Assembly (NCBI GenBank): GCA_040755855.1
Contig: JBFMAD010000004.1
Coordinates: 96,001 to 160,000, forward strand
Reading direction: 5' to 3'
DNA: 64,000 nt
DNA from: Planctomycetota bacterium
Lineage (GTDB): Bacteria > Planctomycetota > Brocadiia > JAADGH01
The notes under the pieces were generated by a model. That model saw only the letters and a program-made list of their open reading frames with translations, was not told the origin of the DNA and ran no database searches. Numbering within the stretch: the first letter of the stretch is position 1; every line of letters starts with the position of its first letter. Position numbers and translations under genes: made by a program. Shown here one piece after another: positions 58,717 through 64,000 of the stretch.

Positions 58717-59475
58717 TTATTTCGTTTCCACCAGGAGCGCTTTCGCTTTTTCGCCGATAAGGTCCCCCATACGCTCGATGATCTTGCGGCCCATGTCGGC
58801 GGAGGCGTGGGTGAGTGGGTTCTTGCCGCCGATCCCCTCGGGGCCTTTGATGTTCATGTCTGCATCGGGGGAAAGGCCGCGCGAACGGAGCTCGCCGAGG
58901 TCCACCTTGTCAGGATACGCGTATTGCATGCACGATGTCTCCCATGCCCCGGCATGATCCATGCGAAGCGGGATGTCGTTGTTGGGCTGATGCAGCGCCC
59001 CCTCCATGACGGCAAAGCCTCTAACGCCGGTCCCCTCCGTGGCTGCTCGAATGGCGCGGTCAAGAGCGTCGCGCTGCACCGGCACGTCGTGACCGGTGAC
59101 GCCGACGAGGACCTTCCACCCCCCGGCGACGAGCGCCCGCGCCACACCCGTGGCGGCGGCCTCGAACATCTCCTCCGTGTTATGGCCGAGCGTATAGCCC
59201 TGCCAGCCGTCCGGTCCCCATCCCGCCGCGCCGATCCCCTCCGGGTTGAGGTGGAGGCCCAGGTAGAAAGGCGGCAAGACAACGCCCCCATGCTTCAGCG
59301 CCGCCTCGCAGCAGACGGCGTGGGCCTTCAGGCTGTCCGTGCCGAGGGGGTTCTGCACCCCATGCCACTCCAGCGACCCGGCGACGATGTAGGCGATGGG
59401 GCACTCCTCCCGCCGCGCCTTCACCTGCGCTGGCCGCAACAGTTCGTAGCAAACGTCTTCATACTTGGCTAACAC
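58717..59475 (-). CDS. Creatininase family amidohydrolase
   Basis: GSLEWHG..NPLGTD, TGH, DHAGAWETS. Confidence 0.88.
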   Translation of the reverse strand: MLAKYEDVCYELLRPAQVKARREECPIAYIVAGSLEWHGVQNPLGTDSLKAHAVCCEAALKHGGVVLPPFYLGLHLNPEGIGAAGWGPDGWQGYTLGHNTEEMFEAAATGVARALVAGGWKVLVGVTGHDVPVQRDALDRAIRAATEGTGVRGFAVMEGALHQPNNDIPLRMDHAGAWETSCMQYAYPDKVDLGELRSRGLSPDADMNIKGPEGIGGKNPLTHASADMGRKIIERMGDLIGEKAKALLVETK

Positions 59476-59484
59476 GCGCTCTCC

Positions 59485-60348
59485 TTATGTCAACTGCCAG
59501 TGCTTCATCAGGATCCCATTTGCCTGCCCGAATTCCCCGGCATAGAAGAGCCGCGCGGCCTCCTGATATTCCGCCGTGGTGCGCGGATTGCCCTTGCGGA
59601 GGTCGAGGACGCGGGCCGTGGTGCGCAGCGCCGTGCGCAGGGCGCTCTGCGTCGGGCCGTGGGTGATCGGATCGGCGTCGAACTCCAGGAGTCTGTCCGC
59701 GAACTCGACCATCCGGTCGCGGATCGCGTTGCACACCTTCTCCCCCAGCTCCGGCGAGGCGTGGACGCGCGGGTCCTCGGGACCGGCGGCGATGAGCTTG
59801 ACCCCCAGGTCCTTCGGCAGGTAGTCCATGCAGACGAGATCGCGTCGCAGGTGCCAGTAGATGGATGTCTCCCACTTGCCCGCGTGGTCGCCGGTGTAGT
59901 CCAGGTCGAAGGCCAGTTCATACTCCGCCAGTCCGACGCACCACGCGCCGGTGATCTCCATGGCGTCGGCCGCGGCGTGTTTCACGATGGCCACCTGGTC
60001 GGTGGGGTAGTGGCCCGTCACGGCGATGATGACGCGGAAGCCGACGCGGGCTAACTCCTGCATATACTCTCGATAGAGCTGTCGGCACAGGTCGGGCGAG
60101 AAGTAGAGGTTGCCGAAGTTGAAGCTCATGGGAACTTGCAGGCCCACGTGCAGCGCGGGCAGGACCGCCCCGCCGCCCTTCTCGGCGATTTGCTTGCATA
60201 GCTCGTGGGCCTTGATCGCATCCTGGCCGAAGGTCAGGTGCTCCCCGTGCATCTCCGGCGTACCGATGGGGAGGTAGGCGATGGGCTTTTGGGCCAGCAC
60301 CTTCTTCAGGTCCGTGGGGAACATCTTATCGTATTCGATGGTGGGCAT
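59485..60348 (-). CDS. Creatininase family amidohydrolase with C-terminal extension
   Basis: GTPEMHGEHL..GQD, TGHY, DHAGKWETS. Confidence 0.88.
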   Translation of the reverse strand: MPTIEYDKMFPTDLKKVLAQKPIAYLPIGTPEMHGEHLTFGQDAIKAHELCKQIAEKGGGAVLPALHVGLQVPMSFNFGNLYFSPDLCRQLYREYMQELARVGFRVIIAVTGHYPTDQVAIVKHAAADAMEITGAWCVGLAEYELAFDLDYTGDHAGKWETSIYWHLRRDLVCMDYLPKDLGVKLIAAGPEDPRVHASPELGEKVCNAIRDRMVEFADRLLEFDADPITHGPTQSALRTALRTTARVLDLRKGNPRTTAEYQEAARLFYAGEFGQANGILMKHWQLT

Positions 60349-60539
60349 GGTCGAGTCTCCTTGCGTGATTTCGGGAATTCACGATCGAATGGACTCAGGA
60401 TAGGACACGGACCGTGGCATGTCAAGTGGGATGGCAGGCAAATATCTTTGCCAAAGGCTATTGCCCCTCCCCCGTCCAGCGTGTATCATTCCTGCCAACG
60501 AATCGTGCGATGACAGAACAAAAAACAAGGAGGGAATCC

Positions 60540-63500
60540 ATGCGCCGACTGATGATTCTGGTGATGTTCCTGATCTCCGCTCCCCTCGCCCTTGCCCTCG
60601 ACTTCGACGACGCCGATATGGAAAAGCCGGACCTCGGGCCGTGGAAGGTCTACAACAAACCGATGATGGTGGAGAAGAGCGACTTCGCCCGCAACGGACT
60701 CCGCTCGCTCCATGTCGTCACCGACACCAAAAGCGAACTGGGCAGAGATCACGAGGGCGTCTCGCGATACCTCGGCGAGTTCCAGCCCGGCGACCTCGTC
60801 ACCGTCTCCTTCTGGTACTGGGTCAAGGGCGGGCGCAATATCATCGCGGCGCTGGGGCCGACGTTTTTCCAGTCCTCTCAGACCATGACCGGCACCGACT
60901 GGACGCGGGCCGAGGTCACGCTCCGCGTCACCAAGCCGGGTCGGCACAACATCTGGATCAGCCAGGCTGACGATCCCGCCGAGTTCTTCCTCGACGATTT
61001 TTCCATCGAGGTCACCCGCCGCCCGCAACTCGGCACGGCAGCCGAAGGGCGGCGCGTTTCGATTACCGGCGGCGCGCTCCGACTGACCCTGTGCAAGGAG
61101 ACTGGCGCCCTCTGTGGGATCGAGAACCTGACGACCGGCGAGACCTACGCACCCCTCGGCCAGCGCCAGCCGCTCTTTGGCATGGAACTCCTGTCGAAGG
61201 ACGGTCTGGGATACGAACGCATCTCATTCGAGAATGTGAAACTCGTCGGCTTCGATGTCCCCGGCCCGAAGCTGGCGAAGATGAATTTTGAGATGAAGGA
61301 CCTGCCGATCCACGTGACGATCGAGATTCAGATGAACGACGACGGCTCGGCCCACTTCACGGGACAGGTGAAGAACGACTCCGACCGCCGCGTCCTATCC
61401 CTTGAAATGCCCGCGATTTACGACGTATCCCCCGCGAAGGACCCGAAGAACCTCACCCTCGTTGATCCTCACGTCTGCGGCCGCATCGTCCCCGACGCCG
61501 CCAAGTCCCAGGGCTGCCAGACCACCTACCCCGGACGCGGCGTCATGGGATGGATGGACCTCTCCGGCGAGCGCGGGGGCATATACCTCGCCACGCACGA
61601 CCAATACCAAACCGGCACGCGCCTCATGGCTCTGCCGACAGCCGAGGCGCGGTTCGACATGTCGCTCGTCCGCGAGATTGTTGTCCGCCCCGGCGAGACC
61701 TGGCTCGCGCCGCTCTCCGTCCTGGCCGTGCACGAGGGCGATTGGCACGCGGCCGCCGACCGATACCGCGCCTGGGCGCGAAGCTGGATGCAGAAGCCCG
61801 ATGTGCCGCAGTGGCTGCACGAGGCCAACGGATGGGTCCTCATGGGCATACAAAACAACGTCCCCTTCCACCGCATCCCCGACACCTTCCGCCAGGCGCA
61901 GTGGATGGGAATCGAGTACCTGCATGTCCAGGGCGAGGGCATTGACAACATGTGGTTCGACGAAAAGGGCGAGCGCCAGGGCCACACCATGACCTATCTC
62001 TACCCCACCCCGAAGTACGGGACGGTGGATGAACTGAAGTCCGCGATCAAGAAGATCCACGATAACGATGGTCACGTCATGTTCTATTTCCTCTACGAGC
62101 GCTGGACGCCGAGCCACGAGACCGAAGACAACTTCGGCACGGGCAAACGCGCCGACGTGCCGGAGAAGTACTGGCCTCCGAAGGGCTTTTACGCCGGCAG
62201 CGCCCTCGTCGAGTCGCCCGGCCAGAAGGTCCCGACGGAGAATCCATTCATGGCTATCCGCAACATGTGCCTCGCCTCGCCGGGGTGGCAGGAGTGGATG
62301 CGGCGGTGGGCGGTGGACGTCTACGCAAAGGAGTACGGCGCGGATGGCTTCTACTGGGACGTCATGGGCCGCACCGGGCCCTTCCGGTGCTTCAACGCGA
62401 ACCACGAACACGAGGGCGAGAACCAGTGGGGGCGCGGCAGCGCGACCGTCCTCGAAACGGTGATCCGCGAGGGGCGGCAGGTGAACCCCGATTACTCCTG
62501 CGCCATCGAGGGCTGCTCCGACCACCTCGGCCGGTGGGTCGGCTACCACCTCATGTCCGGCGCGACGAAGGAGCCGAACGTCTTCCGCTACACCTTCCCC
62601 GAATACCTCTGCGTGGACGGCCTGTCGAACCACTACTGGAAGTGGACGCAGACGGAGAAGGCGCGGCGCGTTTTTCTCGACGGCGAGAAATTCGACATCC
62701 ACGGCTACCAGCAGCAGATCAAGCAGATCATAGACCTCCGCCGCCAGGTCAAGCCGTTCATTGATTGGCCGGCGGTCTTCCGCGACACGGTCGGCCTGAC
62801 CGTCTCCGACCCGCGCGTGCAGGCGCGGTGCTTCGTCAGGACGGATGGCGAGAACCGCCTCATGGCCGTCACGATGATGAACGAGGAGCATGTCGAGGGC
62901 GCGACGGTCGAGGTTGATCTGTCGCCCATCGGCAAGGCGACGCGGGGGCACATCTTCCATCTCGACGGCCGCGTGTCGTTCCTCGATGCGACCACCGAGG
63001 GCAAGGTAACGGTCCCCGCGCCGAAGGACGATGTGTCGTGCGCGGTCATCTGCGGCGGCGTGTCGCCGGAGCTGCGCGTCCACGCCTGGATAGAGCAGGT
63101 AATGGAACCGGGGAGGGACGGCGTGGTGCTCAGCTTTTACCAGCCACACTTGCCCGCCAAGGATCTGTCCTGGAAGATCGAGTGGCCGGAGGGATTCGCC
63201 CCGAAGGAGGTCCCCATGCCAAGTGAGTCGTTCGGCTGGGATAATGTCGTGTTTGTGGACAACGACCATCTCAAGACGCTGAAGCGCTGGACGAAGGTGA
63301 AGGCGCACCTGACCTGGGAGGGCGGGAAGAAGACGGTGTGGACCGTGATCGCCCCGCCGATGGTGAACGGCAATATGGAGGAGGTCGAGGACGGACGATT
63401 GGTCTATTGGGGCCTGCCGCCGTGCACGGACGACCCCGCCGAGGGCAAGCAGTGCATCCGCATTGACCGAACGCTCACCGAGCACGGCCACGTCGCGCAG

Positions 63501-63794
63501 CTTGCGCCCCTGAAGCCAAACACAAAGTATCGCTTCACATGCCACATCAAGCGGACGTGCGAGACGTGGGCGGGTGCGCACATCGTGGAGTATGAGGTCG
63601 GCCAGCAGCGCGAGGCCAAGTTCGTCCGGTCGGCGAAGCTGGACAGCGCGAAGGTGGGGGAGTGGGAGAAGCTGGAGACGACCTTCACCTCCCACCCGAA
63701 CCCCCGCAACACGGCGGTGTACCTCTACAACGGGGACAAGGAAAAGCCGGCGTTTTTTGATGGGATCGTCATTGAGGAGGCGCGGAAGGACTGA
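60540..63794 (+). CDS. Secreted glycoside hydrolase-like protein (DUF6259-type) with N- and C-terminal CBM4/9-like domains
   Basis: GDWHAAADRYRAW, GADGFYWD, NGNME...W and FFDGI CBM-like ends; signal peptide. Confidence 0.7.
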   Translation: MRRLMILVMFLISAPLALALDFDDADMEKPDLGPWKVYNKPMMVEKSDFARNGLRSLHVVTDTKSELGRDHEGVSRYLGEFQPGDLVTVSFWYWVKGGRNIIAALGPTFFQSSQTMTGTDWTRAEVTLRVTKPGRHNIWISQADDPAEFFLDDFSIEVTRRPQLGTAAEGRRVSITGGALRLTLCKETGALCGIENLTTGETYAPLGQRQPLFGMELLSKDGLGYERISFENVKLVGFDVPGPKLAKMNFEMKDLPIHVTIEIQMNDDGSAHFTGQVKNDSDRRVLSLEMPAIYDVSPAKDPKNLTLVDPHVCGRIVPDAAKSQGCQTTYPGRGVMGWMDLSGERGGIYLATHDQYQTGTRLMALPTAEARFDMSLVREIVVRPGETWLAPLSVLAVHEGDWHAAADRYRAWARSWMQKPDVPQWLHEANGWVLMGIQNNVPFHRIPDTFRQAQWMGIEYLHVQGEGIDNMWFDEKGERQGHTMTYLYPTPKYGTVDELKSAIKKIHDNDGHVMFYFLYERWTPSHETEDNFGTGKRADVPEKYWPPKGFYAGSALVESPGQKVPTENPFMAIRNMCLASPGWQEWMRRWAVDVYAKEYGADGFYWDVMGRTGPFRCFNANHEHEGENQWGRGSATVLETVIREGRQVNPDYSCAIEGCSDHLGRWVGYHLMSGATKEPNVFRYTFPEYLCVDGLSNHYWKWTQTEKARRVFLDGEKFDIHGYQQQIKQIIDLRRQVKPFIDWPAVFRDTVGLTVSDPRVQARCFVRTDGENRLMAVTMMNEEHVEGATVEVDLSPIGKATRGHIFHLDGRVSFLDATTEGKVTVPAPKDDVSCAVICGGVSPELRVHAWIEQVMEPGRDGVVLSFYQPHLPAKDLSWKIEWPEGFAPKEVPMPSESFGWDNVVFVDNDHLKTLKRWTKVKAHLTWEGGKKTVWTVIAPPMVNGNMEEVEDGRLVYWGLPPCTDDPAEGKQCIRIDRTLTEHGHVAQLAPLKPNTKYRFTCHIKRTCETWAGAHIVEYEVGQQREAKFVRSAKLDSAKVGEWEKLETTFTSHPNPRNTAVYLYNGDKEKPAFFDGIVIEEARKD

Positions 63795-63880
63795 ATGTCC
63801 CGCGCCGAGTCTTGAATGACGAAGAGGAAGAAATCAAAGTCAAGAGTCAAGACAAGGGCGTGTTCCTCAAATGGAATTGG

Positions 63881-63958
63881 GTAGGGGCGGCCCCATGTGG
63901 CCGCCCCTATATCGGCAAATATCCAGCGTCAGGGGCGGGCACGCGGGCCCGCCCCTAC
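63881..63958. repeat. GTAG-family REP pair (REPIN-like)
   Basis: GTAGGGGCGGCCCCATGTGGCCGCCC ... GGGCGGGCACGCGGGCCCGCCCCTAC. Confidence 0.8.
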
Positions 63959-64000
63959 AGAATCGGGCTTGGACAACACGCTCTCAACTCGTTTCATGCG

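Overview
GC-rich bacterial window, most consistent with a Planctomycetota-like organism (inferred from N-terminal EELEPR/LEPR-type leaders, DUF1080 proteins, a PQQ-like propeller and many large secreted glycan-active proteins). From left to right it holds: three large beta-solenoid/Ig-repeat surface proteins (the two complete genes have sigma54-type promoters); secreted glycan-processing genes; metabolic singletons and a secreted ankyrin protein; a defence region (type III Mod/Res, a type IIG/ISP-like REase-MTase, DUF3800); lptFG with a coiled-coil-expanded LptF; a MacB-type exporter with three adaptor genes; more CAZyme-like genes; a GxxExxY nuclease gene inside perfect 28-bp inverted repeats; an orphan HTH-methyltransferase; a stand-alone NucC-like nuclease beside an MNT-HEPN pair; and tandem creatininase-family genes. 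No rRNA, tRNA, CRISPR array or transposase was seen. The best candidate for an unexplored system is the DUF3800 RNase H-fold gene with a convergent ~60-nt three-hairpin RNA that has its own promoter and terminator (29068-29933). Other strong candidates are the GxxExxY inverted-repeat unit with related empty and half copies, a gene cassette flanked by palindromic direct repeats (8399-9047), and the orphan NucC-like gene. All family calls come from motifs read by eye; no database search was run.
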